DNA of 64,000 nt from the human T2T-CHM13v2.0 reference genome, Homo sapiens. This document shows, piece after piece, positions 14,724-30,567 of the stretch. The first letter of the stretch is position 1, and each line of letters opens with the position of its first letter. The position numbers were made by a program, and so were the translations under genes. Where the stretch lies: contig CP068257.2 in assembly GCA_009914755.4 (NCBI GenBank), positions 39,904,001 through 39,968,000 on the forward strand. Direction: 5' to 3'. The notes beneath the pieces were generated by a model. The model searched no databases and was not told the origin of the DNA. It saw nothing but the letters and a program-made list of their open reading frames with translations.

Positions 14724-15908
14724 TAGTGCTCAAGACATCCTAGAGCGGGGAGTGGGAATGGAGGACTAGCAAATGGAATGTGGGGACTGAGGGGAACTGG
14801 GCAGTCAGAGGTGACCCCAGGGATTTTAGTCTGAACAGCTGAAGGAATGGAGCCGCCACTGACGGAGATGGGGAAAGCGGATGTGCAAGATGACATCAAG
14901 AACTTGGCCTTGGACACGTTCAACTTGAGGTGCTAATTAAACTGGGAAGAGCAGGTGGTGGCAGGCAGTTGGAGTTGAGGGGATGGAGATGTGAACTTGG
15001 GGGGCGCCAGCAGGGAAGTGCTACTTGGGGCCGGGGCCCAGAGGAGCTCCCCAGGGAGGGAGGGTCAGCCGGTGGACAGAGCTCTGGGGCTGCCTGTGAG
15101 AGGCAGAATGGGGGGATTCCAGGAAAGATATGAATGAGCAAGAAGCTGTGAAAACAATTTCTGTCCACCTGAAAAATGTACACGGCACAGACGTGGAAGG
15201 AAAGGAATGAGGATGATATTAAAGTATTAAAATCCCACGTACTTGAGACAGTAACGATAAATAAAAATAAACCCAGTGTTGCCAGGGATGTGAGAAATAA
15301 AAGCATTATTTTGTTGCCAGAGGGGCACTGAAAATAGATTTAATGTAGTCGAGAGCAGGCACCAACTATGCGGCAGGAGTTACGAAACTCTGTCCCCAGA
15401 AATATTCTCTAAGTGGGGAGGTGGCAAGTTCAAAAAGAAACAAATGATAACAGCCTTCTCAAAGCTCTGAAAGCAGCGCTCTCACACTGGGCAAAGGCGG
15501 ACCTCACCTCAATGCCCTGTAGCAGGGGACCCCTAAGCACGCAGAGGCTGGGTCTCACTCAGCAGGTGGGTGTCTCAGTCCGCAGGTGCAGCGGAGCCAG
15601 TGGCCTTTGGTCCTACAGCTCAGCAGAACTCTGACTCCCAGCTCCCATGCCACCCAGGTGGCCAAGGAAAAGCTGGAAAGATGCACGGGTCACTCTCTCC
15701 AGCTCCCACCTCCTTCTCCTGAGAAATAAAATCCACAGCCAGCTCCAGTCTGCCTGAGGGAGAGAAAAGGGAAAAACAAAAGAAAAATACATAAATTAAT
15801 ATCCAAAAATAACTGGGCACATACAAAACCACTACTAATGTCACAGCATAGGACCAGACAGGATCATAGGCCATGATCTTGCCTATAGCATGAGATTAAG
15901 CAAAATAA

Positions 15909-15940
15909 TAGAATTAATAATAATAATAAAGTATTTGTTG
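15909..15940. repeat. (AAT)n short microsatellite
   Basis: aataatagaattaataataataataaag. Confidence 0.7.
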
Positions 15941-16365
15941 TTCTAGATGAAGTGACTGACAAGGCTGTTGCCCCAAAAGTTGAAAGTAATGACATAATTA
16001 CTTTCTGACAATAAAACTGCAAAGGCAGCTCACACAGGATCAGAGCATAGGTATTCAAGGTCATGTTTAAAAGATAAAAATAGCTTAATGCCAGTGAGAT
16101 CTTATCTTCATGAATCAAAAGTACGGCATACAACTAAACATACAAACAAAAACAGAAGAATGTGCCACTAACGAGCAGGGTTGGCTGGCCACAGGAGTTT
16201 ACAAAATGCCATCACGGGGATCAGTGCTAGTCGGGCCTGCTGTCAGTGAGGGAAAGGGGACCCAGATGGGAAGCAGGGGTCTCCTGGCCAGGGAGGCTGT
16301 GATTAGAGACAGAAGCACCTCATATAAGGGACAGAATGCTCAAGGTTCTGGTCAGAACAATCACA

Positions 16366-16414
16366 TGTGTGTGTGTATGCGTGTGCGTGTGTGTGTGTGT
16401 GTATGTGTGTGTGT
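16366..16414. repeat. (GT)n microsatellite, interrupted
   Basis: tgtgtgtgtgtatgcgtgtgcgtgtgtgtgtgtgtgtatgtgtgtgtgttg. Confidence 0.9.
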
Positions 16415-17074
16415 TGGGGGTGTATAGGTAATATCTCCAGTGATTCTCAAATGTCATTCCATATAAGAGTTATTGAGAAAGCCAGACTTTTTAAAAAAAA
16501 ATGCAAATTTCCAGGCCTTACCTCCAACGGGGCAGGTGTTCTTGGGGGTTGAGGTGAAGCTAAGGTCGGTGGTCCAGACCCCACTTGCTCCCCTCCCAGT
16601 GGTCTCTGGGCTTGGGGACCGTGAGACTGTCCTCTTTTTGCCTCTGGTGGGCTGAGAAGTCAGATCTCAGCCTGGAAGAGTGAGAAGCAGCTCTGCATTG
16701 TGACTTCTAGGGGGCATCCCCTGTTGTCTATGACAGCCTTACCTAGGGGGTGGGCCCAGGCCACCCCTCCCTACACACCCAGCCCTAGGTGCCTCTGCCT
16801 GAAGGTCACCCGCTGTGAGATGGTCTGTGAGCCCCCTGTACCCTCTTCTTTTGCTTCCATTGTTGATAAATACATAAAAACACAGCCATGTGTCAACAAA
16901 AAAAGTGAAACGCTATAAAATATTTGAAGAATTTTATTCTGAGCCAAATCTGAGTGACCATGGCCCATGACACAGCCCTCAGGAGGTCCTGAGAACATAT
17001 GTCCAAGGTGGTTGGGGTGCAGTCTGGTTTTATACATTTTAGGGAGGCATGAGACATCAATCAAATGCATTTAA

Positions 17075-17473
<399 letters not shown>

Positions 17474-18610
17474 TAAACATTTTCTGGTTGACAACTGGTT
17501 GTGTTTGTCTAAAGACCTGGGATCCATAGAAAGGAAATGCTCAGGTTAAGATAAAAGACTGTGGAGACCAGGGTTCTTCCAAAGTCTCACAGTGGCTGCC
17601 CTTAGAGACAATCAATGACAAATGCTTCCTGTTCAGACCTTTAAAAGGTGCTAGGCTCTTAATCTTTTCAGGATTGGGAGGGCCTGGAAGAAACAAGATC
17701 TAGCTGTGTTAATAGAGATTCTTTACAGACGCAAATTTTTTCCCACAAGGGACATCTTTGCAGGGCATTTCAAAATATGGCCAAGAAACACGTTTCAGGG
17801 TAAAATACTTTGATTTTCTTATTTGTCACATAATGTTATGCCAGAGTCAGATTGGAAAGTCAGTCACGATATATAGGGTTAAATAAAACCCATCTGACGA
17901 AAATTTATGGTTTGTAGGAAATGACTTCCCAGACCCCTTAGATAGGAATTTGGGCAAGATAAAAAATCAGAGTTTAGTCCTTAGTTCACCAAAGATGAAG
18001 AGTTTATAATTTAATGGTACATTTCCTTTCTTAAGTCATCTGAGTTAGATTGGCTGTAAAAATAACCTTACACCACTGGCTATTGGCTCCTTCTCTTCTT
18101 AGACCTGGACACAGTGCCCGATGTCCAAGGCTGAAAAGGTTTAGAAACAGGACTTTAAGGTAAGACAGGGATTCCAGTGACAGCTACTGAGTCCGCTGAA
18201 ATGCAGGGAGGGGTCCTGGGCTTCTCAGAACCCCACCTAGATTTGGAAGGAACCTCTCTGAGGGGTGCACATCCATGGACAAACTCCCGGGGCGCCTGGG
18301 GACTGACTTCCCCCAGACACATCTGTCTTTCTCTCCTGCTGTTGCTAGGAAGCTGTAGGCATCCCGGAGTCTAGGCCCTGCCACTCTTAATCCAGAGGTG
18401 AAAAATAAAGAGGGTGTCCATGCTGCCACCGGGGAAGAAAGTCTTGGTCATTTCCTCAGTATCTTCTCTACCATCAGGGAAAAAATATCACCTCTTTCAT
18501 TAGGAAAGACCCTGGAATCTGCCTCTGCTTCTAAACATTACGGTTTATTTTATTTTATTTTATTTTTGCATAGTGCATGCACCCAGAGCTTACTGTCTTC
18601 CTGGATTTCT

Positions 18611-18922
<312 letters not shown>

Positions 18923-19739
18923 CTTCCTGGATTTCTTGTATTACTTTTAATAATAATAATTTAAAAAAACACAGGAAAAGAAACGATGTATTCCAGCCCT
19001 GTCCTTTGCTTCATGGCTGTTACACTGACACTGTGATTGTAAGCTTGAATTTCGGGTCGTAGGCAATTTTCTGACAAAGCCCCCCACTTCTCCCTCAGCC
19101 ACTGCCCCTGCACCGCCCTCAGCATGAAGCTTAAAAGGGAGAGAATATAGATCCCACCCCAAGGGCAAAGAGTCAACGGGTCCACATCCACAAGTCCTGA
19201 GCACTCTTGCATTTATTTCACAAGTCAGTGAAAGCCAATGGGATGTCCCTTTCCGATGCTGCATGGGAGCAATGAGAAGCAGCCAGAGAGGCATCACCTG
19301 ACCAGGCGGCTGGCTGGCATAGGGGGGTGGCTGTGGCCAGCTGGAGGGGGCTGCTGGGCATGGTGGGGGTGAGGGGCAGAGGACAGCACCTGAAGGATGC
19401 TTGGAGAAGGGATGGGGAGCAGAATCCATCAGGGCGCTCCCAGCTCAGTAGCAGGGACTGTGCTGGCTGCTGGGGTATAAGGTAGTAGGAGAGCAGGGAG
19501 AAATGCAGTCAGTGACCAGGAGGATTTCTGGTAATCAACGCCACAGTTCTTTACTTGGGAGACAGTTTTGTTGGGGATAAAAGCTCCTGGAGTCCAGACA
19601 CTATAACCCCCTTGACACCTCTTGATTCCAGGAATTCACTCTGTGCTTGGGACGATTATGTGCTCTATAAAGAGGGACTGGCTGACCAGTGTGTTCTGCT
19701 CAAGTTGGTTACAACATTGATTTTGACATCAGACAAGTG

Positions 19740-19915
19740 GTCTTAACCCTTAGAACCGTCATTCCTGAGATGTGTAGTCTAGAAAAGTTGCTTAAATTCC
19801 CTAAGCCTCAGTTACCTCATCCATGAGATGGGACAAAGACTGTGTATGCTGTAGGTTGATTGAAAAGACGAAAGCCACGAGGTACCTAAGGCACCAGCAT
19901 GGTGCTCACTGGATT
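19740..19915 (+). mobile_element. MIR SINE fragment
   Basis: cctaagcctcagttacctcatccatgagatgggacaaagactgtgtatgctgtaggttgattgaaaagacgaaagccacgaggtacctaaggcaccagcatggtgctcac matches the MIR core and 3' region. Confidence 0.4.
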
Positions 19916-20203
19916 CTGAGGAAGCACAGCCTCTCCTTGTCATACTTGGGCAGCATCTGACAATGGTCAAAATTCTTTCACGTGTGTTTTTCAGACCCCA
20001 GGTCAACCCCAAGATAAAGAGACAAAGAAAAAGTGTTTCTACTTTTAGAGAATACCCGTGATGATAGCTTGATGTAAAACCAAGGGGTGGGAGAGAATGG
20101 AACCAGCTGGAGGAATTAAAATGCCAAGGGCCAGGACTTAGGAAAGAAGCCTGTGGCTCGATCCTGAGCATTTCTGTCTGTTTTTTTTCCCTAAACCTTT
20201 GTG

Positions 20204-20821
<618 letters not shown>

Positions 20822-23800
20822 GTTTTAAACTCATAATTTCACCCATGGCATCGATGATGGAGACATGAAGCTGGACCCCCACCCAGCCATAGCTTGATCT
20901 GTATATGGAAAATGCCTTCCCTGTCCTGAAATTCAATAAAGAGAAAATGACAGAAGAACCACATGCACTACTGTTTTTACAAATCCTAGAGTCATGTAAC
21001 TTCCTTAAGAAAGACATTATTAGCTGAGTACCATTTTATCGGGAGGAGCTGGGAGTGTGAGTGGATTTCATGGTGCCACATCAGCTCTGGTTTTGTGGCA
21101 ATCGATAAAAGACACCCAGAGCAGCAGGAGCAAAGCCATAGAAGGGAGAGTTTATGGTCAATATTTTTGATATGTAGAACCTGTGATACCTACTGTAAAA
21201 AGTAATTACAATAAATATTCTAATTTAAAATTTTCATCATTCATAATAGAACTGTAATCAAATAGGTTTGATTTTAAGTGATGTGTCATAGGTCCAGTAT
21301 TTTGATAAATACTTCCTGAATATTCTCTCATTCCATCCTTGGAATAACACTGGGAGGAGGGGTTAGTAGCCCTGTTTTCCAGAGGAAGCACAGGGTCTGA
21401 GCTTGTTGTTCAATGTTGCCTGGTATTTGGGAGCTGGGCTGGATTTGGAGAGGAGAGGGGGACGGGGCTGTGTCTACCTTCAGTATAGTCAGGCTGGACA
21501 CTGTGTAGCCAGGGACGGTGCAGTCAAGATGGGTAGGGATGCGGAGAAGTCACCAGCCAGGACAGTGCCACCCTGAGTGGGTGCCAGCAGACTTGTGCCT
21601 GGGCATGAACCCTAGGGGCGATCCATCTGCACCCAGACAACCCAGCATGGTGGTGGGGGAGGTTTCCCAAAACTCCAGCTTTATTTTTGGGTCCAGAAGG
21701 AAGCACTGGCCAGGGGTAAGGTTGTTGGAAGAGCATTCCCTGTTCCACGTGGGAGTTGGGTTGGTAGCCAGGGGCAAGCTGAGAAGCTGGGAGAGCTGGC
21801 AGGAACAGCGAGGAAGTGGCAGGACAGAGACGGAAGTGAGTCCTGACCTGTCCTCTGCCCATGCCTGCATGCTGTGCATCCACTGCCCTGGGAGTCGAGG
21901 TGATGGCCCCGTACTGGCCCCAGGATCCGCTTCTGTCATTCTACCAGCTGGGATTGCAATGATTTGTCCACTTGTTGAACGATTCAGCGTTTTTTTTTTT
22001 CTGCTACTTTTCTCACTACCTGCATCTGAAAATACTTCTCTTCCCTGGTCAGCCTGCGGTCACCCCGGGGGATTGGCTTGCTGGTTTTTCCAGTTGGACC
22101 AGATGCACCCATCGGAGCTGCATCAGCCTCTGGGCCTGGAGGAGAGAATGTTTCCTTAGGCACATCTTGGCTGCCACCAGAAATGTCAGCCTCGCCGGGC
22201 GTTATATGGACTCATGTGCACATCCAGGCAGGGTCCAGAGCCCAGGATGTTTGCATTCAGGCTCCAGGCCCCCAGTTTCCAGCGAGATGGCTGTCTGCCA
22301 GCCACCGAGCCCTCGGCCTCAGCCTCACCTCTGTAACGTGGGGATTTGGTGATCTGCCCAACCAGTGGCCACGTGAAATAATAGATCTGAGAATGCTTTG
22401 AAGAGAGAAGGAAGCACCAAAGTAGTCCACAGCTGGCTGGGTGGGCCGGGGTTTCTCTGGTCTCGGCTCATTCCGGCTCATTCTCTGTGTCAACACTGGC
22501 AAGACGCACCCACTCTGCACAAACTCTGGGCGCTCAGTGCTGCTGGAGGGAGGATGCGGCATATTTGCAAGAAGCCTACAAGGGGCCCATGCTAGTTTTG
22601 TAGAGGATGAAGTTTATACAATGTGGGGGAACTTCCCTAAGGAATAGTATACAAAATTATAAATACAAGAGCAGATCCAAAGCAGATTATATTGGTTTAA
22701 AATGAGAAATGAAAATATAATGGATTACAAATTCTAAAAAGCTAACAGTATCATAATATCACAAATCCACAAAAATAATATAATAATTTTATTAATTTTA
22801 TAATTCCTTTTAAATTACAGCTTTGAGGTGCATACTCTTTGCTTACTTCTTAGGACAATAACTATAAAAATAGCATTCCTGCTGAGCACTTGGAAGGATA
22901 CTTCAGCCTTCTCTTGACATGGTAGCTTCTGGCTCTGGAATTCTAAAACCCCCTTCTCTACTCCGTTTCCCGAAAACTTAAAGTGCTGGGCACCATGGGG
23001 CATACTGTACCTCTACGGTGGGGAGACACCTGGCCCTGCACTTTGCCACCCAGCAGTCACTGTGTGTGTTACGTGTATTCCTGGAAGCCATTCCCACGGC
23101 TCAGAGTTAACCACAAATTACCTGCACATGACTGCTGACAACATAAGAACTACTCACTGGTCCCAACTTTGGTGCACCTCCCACTCCCTTAGCACTGCTC
23201 CAGTATGCCTGACCACTGCACTACGGCCAGGACACCCAGAGAGGAGAGAGAGCATGAACAGAAACAGACAGCGATCCTCAGGATTGCCACGAAAATAGCT
23301 TACTCTTGCAATGTTCGCAAAATGCCACAGCCATGCAGCTTTCTCCCAGGACTTCTAGGCTCCAGCTTTCCAGGAAATCTCCCATTTGAGCTCAACAGGA
23401 AAGTTCTGGAACCAACCTAGCTTCTCTGTAGTGCTTGGGAGGTCTGAACCCACTGTTCTCAAGCCAGTGAGACCCAGGCGGGCCCTTTACCTGGACTTCT
23501 CCAACCTGGACCCCTGCAAACCCGTCTGTCTCTGCTTCTGCAGGTGAAGCGGGAGGAGGAGACCAAGGCCAGCGCAGCCCACCCGCCCTGCACCAGTGCA
23601 CGGTCCCCACCCTTTCTCTTCCTTTCCGTGTCTTTACTTGTCAGCCACCTCATTTGATTAGTTCAGAAGAGGCACAGGTAGCTCATTGCCTTTCTCTCCT
23701 TATTAGTGAAGAGATAGCACTTGGTGTTTCTAGTCCAGGAAGCATGGAGGAGCCATCCCCGAGCAGACAGGGGTAAATTGGTGGTGAAATGATCACTGGG

Positions 23801-24069
23801 GTTCAGACAAGTTAGATCTGATATGAATTCTGGATCCCCAAAGGGAGACACCAAGGAGGCAACTGAATATCCGAGTCTGGAGTTGCAGAGAGGCCCGGGC
23901 TGGGGGCAGGAACACAGGAGTCTTTCCCATGTGGGTATCAAGACAATCTTTAATGCCGTAATGCTGGCTGGGATCTCCCAGGAAATGAAGCTGGAGACAA
24001 GAGCCCCATGCAGTTCCCTGGGGCACAGCAGAAAGCTCTAAGGAGGGACAGGAGGAAAACAAGGTGAAG

Positions 24070-24420
24070 GAGGTGCTTGGGCTAAATTGTGGCCCCCAAA
24101 ATCCATATGTTGAAGTCCTAACCCCCGTACCTCAGAATGTGACCTTATTTGGAAACAGGGTCTTTGTGGAGGTGATTGAGTTCGAATGACGGCATTAGGG
24201 TGGGCCTGGTCCGATCTGACTATGTCCTGTAAGACGAGGAGATGAGGACACAGATGCACACAGAGGGATGACCCTGTGAGGACACAGGGAGGAGATGCCA
24301 TCTGCAAGCCGAGGAGAGAGGATTCAGAGGAACCAGCCCTGCCAATAACTTCATCTTGGATTTTCAGCCTCCAGGACTTTGAACCAATAAATGTACGTTG
24401 AAGCTCCCCACCTGTGGGAT
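24070..24420. mobile_element. Ancient interspersed repeat (MER/LTR-type; family uncertain)
   Basis: Very common mammalian repeat pattern: ccaaaatccatatgttgaagtcctaacccccgtacctcagaatgtgaccttatttggaaacagggtctttgtggaggtgattgagttcgaatgacggcattagggtgggcctggtccgatctgactatgtcctgtaagacgaggagatgaggacacagatgcacacagagggatgaccctgtgaggacacagggaggagatgccatctgcaagccgaggagagaggattcagaggaaccagccctgccaataacttcatcttggattttcagcctccaggactttgaaccaataaatgtacgttgaagctccc. Confidence 0.4.
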
Positions 24421-24436
24421 TTGTTATTGCCGCTCC

Positions 24437-24500
24437 ATACAGGTGGGGGCCTGGGAACCTGGACTCATACAGGTCGGGGCCTGGGAACTTGGGAAAATCG
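24437..24500. repeat. Tandem duplication, ~30-bp unit x2
   Basis: tacaggtgggggcctgggaacctggactca / tacaggtcggggcctgggaacttgggaaaa. Confidence 0.6.
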
Positions 24501-25508
24501 TGCATCGCAGAGTGGGGCCCAGGAGGCCACTGCTGCTGGGGGTCAAGTGAGAGTAAGGCTGGGAATGTCCCTCCTTCCCCATGAGCGTTCTGAATTGTTT
24601 TCTGATAATAACGGAACAGATATGTTTGGAAATAGTTTAAAATCTATTACTGTGACTGGTGCTTCACATATTTGTTTGTCTCAAAACACACAGATAGATA
24701 ATCTATATAAAGAGAAAACAAGAAGACACAGACTGGAAAACAGATCTGGTTGTTACCAAGGCATTTAGCATGCAATTTCTCATTTGCTGTGGACACGACG
24801 AGAAGAGAATTCCTCACTCGGTTTTCTGTCTGCCACCTTGCTAGTGATCAGCCCACTGGGAACATTTTATTAACCCCTTATTAAACTTTTATTAGTTTTA
24901 CTTCCATTGCCTAGATAATCACTGTCCAATGAACACAATGCAAGCTAAAAAAAAAAACAAACTACTGAAAATCCAGATGGACACCTTTTGTGGGGGCAGA
25001 AATGGAACAGAAACGCTTAGCAGCAGCAGCGAGGGACATTGCAGCCACCAGCTGAAGAAGGGCTCCTGCCCCAGGGGTCCGGCGTGGTTTGGGTCTAGGG
25101 GTCATGGGGCCAAGAGGGCATCCAGAGAGACAAGCAGTCAGGGTCAGAATCAGACTCTGGGAGTGCAGGTTGAAATGAGACTGCTGCAGACCTCCCTCCT
25201 GAAATGTTTGTAGCAAACTGGTCCCCAGCAGGACTGGGGACAAGAAGGTGTCTCAGCAGGATGGGAAAAACTGAGATGCTGGGCCAGGGACACTCCGCTG
25301 ACTTCTAGGCAGGGGTTGCGAATGTCACGGTGAGACCTGGTCCTGGACGGAGACCAGCAGGCAGGAGGAGGCAGTCACGGAAATCCACAGAGAGAAAAGA
25401 AATTGCATAAGGAGATGGCACTCCTCAAATGGGGTGGGGCACCACAACTCCAGAACAAATGCCAATGCAGGGCACAGATGAGAAAAGCCATCATTAGAAT
25501 ATGCATCT

Positions 25509-25598
25509 TAGCTGGGTGTGGTGGCACGCACCTGTAGTCCCAGCTACTCGGGAGGCATGAGCCACCATGCTTGACTTCAATTAAAAAAAAAATAGGCA
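25509..25598 (+). mobile_element. Rearranged Alu fragment
   Basis: ttagctgggtgtggtggcacgcacctgtagtcccagctactcgggaggc joined directly to atgagccaccatgcttgac (opposite-orientation Alu 5' end), then a poly-A run. Confidence 0.55.
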
Positions 25599-27007
25599 TT
25601 CTTTCCAGGAAAATTAATTTTACAGAAAATCTGACATAGACTTTAAAATAGGTATGTGAAGTCCGCTCACAGAGATAACTTCTATTTCTCTGTTTGGATT
25701 TCATGATGCCCCGGAGTATCTTTTATGCATAGGAAAGACGATTTGCAATGACTTTTAAAAAAAATATATTTGATGTTTCAAGCTACAAATTTTAAAACAT
25801 GGTTTTTCCTTAGGCTTTCATGTTTAATTCCTCTTGTTCTACTTAGAAATCTGGAGAATTTTGATAATTACTCAGAAAAGGGGCTTTACAATTTTTGTTT
25901 ATTAAATGTTCTCAAATGTTTTGAATTGCATTTATCATTTTTAAATATTTTTAGTTTCATTTTAAGTACTTCAGTTGTCTAACAAAACTTTTTCAAGTAC
26001 ATGTGTAATTTTAATAGCATTCATTTATAAATGTGGTTATTTGTAAGCTGTCTTAAATAGTTTAGTATTGTTTCAAGAAACAGAAGAGGTCTGTTTTCAG
26101 CTTGATAGCAAAGATCTAAATTAATGCCTCAAAAACGCACTAGGTTGCAATCACAAGTCCAATTTGCTATATTCTCAAGTAATCCAAACTGTCTGAAATA
26201 TTACAAACATTTTAAACCCCTAATTTACACAGGTTATTCCTTAACTTAATTTTTTAAGTGTTGGTTCTCTTGTTTTTTTCATTGTCTTTGTTGGGGATTT
26301 GATAAAATTCACCCTTTTTGGGGCCTGCAGCTTGTACAATTTCGGGGCTCTCTTTAAGAGAAAGAACACACATTCATGACTATGAAGCGAGCTCCAGGGA
26401 CTCCAAAGGGGCACACGCTGTTAAAGGGCCTGAAGCTTCAACTTCATTGATTTCATGGTAAATTCAACTACAATTTCTATGTTTCTTCAAAGACTTTCCC
26501 GGGGTTAAAAATCACTTACCTATCAAGTAAAACAATTTCATATTCAAAGCAAGCGGTGGTGATCCACCCAGGCCACGTTGTCACTGTCCTCACAGTCCAT
26601 CAGTGAGGGCTCTCACTCTGTCTGTGACACCCAAGGGGCCTCCAAGTGCTAACCACCTGAAACAAACCGAGGTCTGATGAGGGATGCTGCGGTGATTCTT
26701 CAGAACATTATGGACGGTGGGGAAATCCCAAGACCACCAGAGGGAGCAGATGGATTCAGGAACAAACGTTAGCAGTCAGCGAACTTGGATCACCAGAAGC
26801 AGACACCGGAAAGAGGAAGAGCTTCAAAGCACTGAGCAAAAAAACCCACCCAGTGGAATCTTATACCCAGCAATAGTTGATTCAAGAGTGGAGTGGAAAT
26901 AAAAGTATTTTCAGATAATAAAAAATTAGTCGTTTTCCCACTTACTGTCTCCCATTAAAGGGATATTAATATAAGTCGTTGAGTAAGAAGCAAATTGAAA
27001 CTAGGAA

Positions 27008-27311
27008 GGGCTGATCGCAGTGGCTCATGCCTATAATCCCAGCACTCTGGGTGGCCGAGGTAGGCAGATCATCTGAGATCAGGAGTTCGAGACCAGCCTG
27101 GCCAACATGGCGAAACCCTGTCTCTACTAAAAATACAAAATTAGCTGGGCGTTGTGGTGCATGCCTGTAATCCCAGCTACTCAGGAGGCTGAGGCAGGAG
27201 AATCGCTTGAACCTCAGAGGCGGAGGTTGCAGTGAGTGGAGATCACGCCACTGCACTCCAGCCCAGGCGAGAGAGCAAGACTTCGTCTCAAAAAAAAAAA
27301 AAAAAAAAAAG
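27008..27311 (+). mobile_element. Alu (AluS-like) with long poly-A followed by (GA)n/(GAAA)n
   Basis: gggctgatcgcagtggctcatgcctataatcccagcactctgggtggccgaggtaggcagatcatctgagatcaggagttcgagacc ... cttcgtctcaaaaaaaaaaaaaaaaaaaaagagagagaaagaaagaaag. Confidence 0.9.
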
Positions 27312-27948
27312 AGAGAGAAAGAAAGAAAGCTAGGAAAAGACCAGTGATTGAAGAAATGAAGGTAAACATAGAAATGGATAAAATAATGGGAAATTAAATT
27401 TCCTCTTGGCAGAAAGAGTGGTAGGCAGAAAAACGGCCCCCAAAAGACACCCAGGTCCTAAATCCCAAAACCTGTGAGTATGTTCCCTTACTTAGCAAAA
27501 AGCACTTTGCAAATGTGATTAAGGTTAAGAATTTTGAGACAGGAGACTATTCTGGGGTTTTCAGGTGAGTCTAACATAATCAGAAATTAACCTTTCCAGG
27601 GTCAGGAGAAGAGAGGTGTGACTACGGAAGAATGGTCAGAGACACACGATGCGGCTGGCTTTGAGGAAAGAGGATGGGGCAGCCTGTAGAAGATGGAAAA
27701 GACAAGGAAACAGAGTCCCCTTTGGAATCTCTGGAAAGAAACGTAACCCCATTGGCATCTTGGTGTGGGCCCAGCAAGACCCATGTCAGACTTCTGGCCT
27801 GCAACACTACAAGATAATAAGTCTGTATTGTTTAGCTCACTCCATCTGTAGTAATTTATTGCAGAAGCAATAGGAAAAACAAAACTAATACATCCACTCA
27901 CCCGCCCAATCCCCACCCCCCACGCACACCTATTTAGTGTGTTAAGAA

Positions 27949-28510
<562 letters not shown>

Positions 28511-29196
28511 TGAAACTTATAAAGCTCCAAAGCAGGAGAAGGGAGAAAAGGGAATGCAAAAATTTTATTACTTCAACAGAAAGTAGAAGAGGAGAGAAAA
28601 AGGGAATGAAGAAAAAATTCAGTCAGAAATCAAAAGGTGAACTAGAGGAATCCCAAATATATTAGCAACCACAAAAAAATGTAAATCACATACAAAAGAT
28701 GGGAATGATCAGATTGAATAGAAAAACAAAATCCAGCCATATGCTGTTTAAAAGATGTAAGCCCAGGTAATGTGTTTGTGAACAATAACCTAAAGAAATA
28801 TGCTGTAGTCATATGAAAATTAGACAAATAAAATTCCAGGGCTCAGAATATGCTGCCCCAGAATAGGACACCCTGGCACACTGAGTATTTTAAGGTGAAG
28901 GAAACTGAGAATCTCGCAGAAGCAGGGAGTTCGCTCTCTGAGCTTCCTCCTTCCTTCTCTCCTGGAATAGGTCATAAGACCCTCATCCCAGAGGAGTCCT
29001 CCTCTACCCGGAAGAAAGGAAGGAAGACACAGAGATGCCAAGAAGAATCTGAACAAACAGGTCTGGCTAAGCTCCCTTAACCTTCATTAAACGTATGTAA
29101 AAAACTTCATAAACCTTCACTGTATTACCATTAGATCAAAGCCCGTTTGTCCCCTGTCATACTTTTCCACAACTGTTTATAGAAATACACAGTTTC

Positions 29197-29506
29197 AGCC
29201 AGGCATGGTGCCTCACACTTGTAGTCCCAGCACTTTGGGAGGATGAGGCAGGAGGATTGCTTGAGCCCCGGAGTTTGAAACTAGCCTGGGCGATATAGTG
29301 AAATCCTGTCTCTACAGGAAAAAAAAAAAAAAAAAAAGCTGGGTGTGCTGGTGCATGCCTGTGGTCCTAGCTACTGGGCAAGCTGAGGTGGATCACTTGA
29401 GCCCCAGCATTTGAGGCTGAGGCTGCAGTGGGCTATGATGGCACCAATGCACTCCAGCCTGAGCGACAGTGCAAGACATCGTCTCTAAACAAAACAAAAC
29501 AAAAAA
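29197..29506 (+). mobile_element. Alu (older, AluJ-like) with (CAAAA)n tail
   Basis: agccaggcatggtgcctcacacttgtagtcccagcactttgggaggatgaggcaggaggattgcttgagccccggagtttgaaactagcctgggcgatatagtgaaatcctgtctctacagg ... catcgtctctaaacaaaacaaaacaaaaaa. Confidence 0.85.
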
Positions 29507-30567
29507 TACACCATTTCCCTGCTTCTGTGGGTCTTTATTTCTGAAGGCTCTCGTGTGACATAAACCTGACACTAAATAATTTTGTATGCTTTTCTCTTCT
29601 TACATCTGTCTTTCGTTATAGGGGTTTGGGCCGTGAACCTAGCGATGGGTGAGAAAAATATATTACTTTTTCTCCCCTATTAGATTTTAAAGGAAAAGGC
29701 ATAAGCAGGGATAAAGAACTCCATATAAGAATAAAATGGCAATCTACGATCTTTTAAAGGATACATGTAACATATATTAAAATTGATTACATAACATGTT
29801 ACAAAGTATGTAAGTACTTTGTAAGGAAACAATTAATAGAGTTCCCTATACAAGCTAGTAAATGTAATAGAAACCTACAAAACAATAAAGAGAATCAATC
29901 AAACTGGTTCTTAAAATGAACAAAAAGCATAAAATAGATAATTTCCCATCAAGACTGACCAAAGAAACAAGAGGAAAGGCACAAACTACGTAAGAATAAT
30001 AGGGAAGATAAAAAGAGAGATTAAACATTTTAACAAAATATATACATGACTTTATATTTGTACATTTTAAAACTTGCACAAAATGTGTACACTTCTAAAA
30101 AAAAAACCAAATCGCCAGAATTAACTCAAGAAGAAAGTAAAAGCCTGAGTAAATCAATGCAACCACTAAAGAAATTGAATCTGCATCAAATACCTCCTTA
30201 CAGCCTAAAAAGATACTAAGCCCAAATTTACAGAATTTTTTTTCTTTTATCAAGAATTCAAAGAACGCTTATCTTATGCAAACAGTTACATAGACTAGAA
30301 AAGAAAGTTGAAGCATTTTGGGTCTGAACACCAAAACCAAATGAAAGCAGTGTAAGTTAGATACTAATTTCAATTATGAACTTAGATGCAAATATTTTAT
30401 TTACATACATAAATAAAATATCAGCAAACTAGATCCAGCAGTATATATTTAAAAAACTTAAGACCAAGTAGGATTTATCATAGCAATGCAAAAGTCTATT
30501 AATTTTATAAACTATCTTTACAGATGCTCTCTATTGCCAGTTCTAGTCAATATTGTGCTAGATTCTA

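Noticed and set aside
21518-22159. 213-aa plus-strand ORF with overlapping 119-129-aa minus ORFs
   Set aside because: A GC-rich region with ORFs open in several frames on both strands simultaneously. It has no Kozak or splice context, a W/R/G/P-rich composition and no recognisable domain, as expected by chance in GC-rich non-coding DNA.
23526-23610. Exon-like segment: ctgcag|gtgaagcgggaggaggagaccaaggccagcgcagcccacccgccctgcaccag with splice-like dinucleotides
   Set aside because: Only weak donor and acceptor resemblance and a short open frame, so it cannot be distinguished from chance without transcript evidence.
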